A program made the translations under genes and the position numbers. A stretch of 64,000 nt of DNA from a virus (taxonomy: Duplodnaviria > Heunggongvirae > Uroviricota > Caudoviricetes): IMG/VR virus record IMGVR_UViG_3300033463_000003; one strand, written 5' to 3'. Positions 63,230 through 64,000 of the stretch are shown in pieces; the stretch's first letter is position 1; every line of letters starts with the position of its first letter. The notes under the pieces were generated by a model. It made no database searches. It saw only the letters and a list, made by a program, of their open reading frames with translations, and was not told the origin of the DNA.

Positions 63230-64000
63230 ATGCAATTTGTATTTCAGATAACTTATAACTGTAATCTTAGATGTGAGTATTGTTACCAGCCAAAAACTAA
63301 GCATAAGGTTCTTAAAAAAGAAGAAGCTTTTGAATTTATTGATGAGTGGTTTAAATACTATATTACAGATGAATCAAAAATATTTTCAGTGTATATGGCT
63401 AAACATGATAAGCCAGAATCTTACACCTTAAATTTCTTTGGCGGTGAACCATTACTATATCCAGAGCTACTTATGGATATAATAGATTACTTTAAAGAAA
63501 GCTGTATAAAAAATAATTTAGAGCGTCTATGGGATAATACTTCTATTGTTTTTCAGACAAATGGAACTTTAATTCAAACACCTAATGTATTAGCCTTAAA
63601 AGATAAATATAAAGATCGTATTATCTGGCACATTACTTTTGAAGGAACAGCAGAGTGTCAGGATGCAAAAAGAAAATTTGCAGATGGTAGTGGTTCTTAT
63701 AGTATTATTAAAGATAATTTGGACTATCTTATAGAAGAATATAATGACCCAGAATTAAAACGCTTTCCAGATAAGCTTACTTTTACTCCTGAAACTGTGC
63801 CATTAATATTATCAGTTACAAAAGCATTAATAAAAATTGGTTATCACTATGTTGGGTTAGACTATGATTCAACAATACAGATTAATGAAAAAGAATCTGA
63901 AGAGTATTATCAAGCTTTATGCCGAGCAATTGATTATATAGTTGATAATAGAGTTAGACTTTATCCACGTCATTTTGGTTATACTTATAATAATACAACA
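63230..64000 (+). CDS. Radical SAM enzyme, anSME/SPASM-maturase-like (3'-truncated at the window end, at least 257 aa)
   Basis: ITYNCNLRCEYCYQ (CxxxCxxC at residues 11-18, as in anaerobic sulfatase-maturating enzymes and peptide-modifying rSAMs). NFFGGEPLL SAM-binding motif. Its own TGTATAATAT promoter at about 63206. Not in the ORF track because no stop lies within the window. Confidence 0.6.
   Translation, partial: MQFVFQITYNCNLRCEYCYQPKTKHKVLKKEEAFEFIDEWFKYYITDESKIFSVYMAKHDKPESYTLNFFGGEPLLYPELLMDIIDYFKESCIKNNLERLWDNTSIVFQTNGTLIQTPNVLALKDKYKDRIIWHITFEGTAECQDAKRKFADGSGSYSIIKDNLDYLIEEYNDPELKRFPDKLTFTPETVPLILSVTKALIKIGYHYVGLDYDSTIQINEKESEEYYQALCRAIDYIVDNRVRLYPRHFGYTYNNTT

Noticed and set aside
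1-64000. CRISPR array
   Set aside because: No regularly spaced direct repeats of 25-40 bp with unique spacers were seen. The recurrent motifs are palindromes or promoter elements at irregular spacing.
1-64000. Prophage boundaries, integrase or attachment site in this window
   Set aside because: No tyrosine or serine recombinase motifs were recognised and there are no flanking bacterial housekeeping genes. The GC-rich element at 18.2-18.4 kb was considered as attP but without a recombinase this is unsupported.

Overview
The window reads as a contiguous piece of a large, AT-rich (roughly 30% GC by eye) tailed dsDNA phage or prophage. Every credible gene is on the + strand, and Shine-Dalgarno sites of the GGAGG type and extended -10 promoters point to a low-GC Gram-positive or Mollicute-like host. 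There are three blocks. (1) 1-4.1 kb holds two hypothetical genes and an nrdH-nrdD-nrdG operon for anaerobic ribonucleotide reduction. (2) 4.1-18.8 kb is an early module of about 45 small genes. Most are preceded by a stereotyped element in which a rho-independent terminator hairpin carries a TTTACA -35 box in its loop, followed 17 nt later by TGTTATAATAT. The module also contains duplicated gene families and five GC-rich non-coding islands carrying a recurrent palindrome. (3) 18.8-64 kb holds accessory, host-interaction and tail-fibre genes. These include an HNH endonuclease, an SPFH/band-7 membrane protein, a lipoprotein, an HsdM-like N6-adenine methyltransferase, a Gly-rich protein, several tail-fibre-like giants (1196 aa, 1021 aa, 1238 aa and one 2425-aa ORF with a CotH-like domain and BspA-type leucine-rich repeats) and a 3'-truncated radical-SAM gene. 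Many of these are driven by a different motif, TGCTAAATTAT.

The central observation is that the standard-code ORF track fragments many genes at in-frame TGA codons. NrdD is cut into three pieces. The 2425-aa ORF is four same-frame pieces. The 59480-63196 gene is five pieces. An internal repeat alignment shows TGA encodes Trp here, yet TGG remains the dominant Trp codon. In-frame TGA is absent from the 4.1-18.8 kb early module and confined to genes outside it. This pattern fits phage stop-codon recoding rather than a simple Mycoplasma-type codon bias.

No tRNA, rRNA, CRISPR array, integrase, or capsid/terminase/portal genes were recognised in this window.
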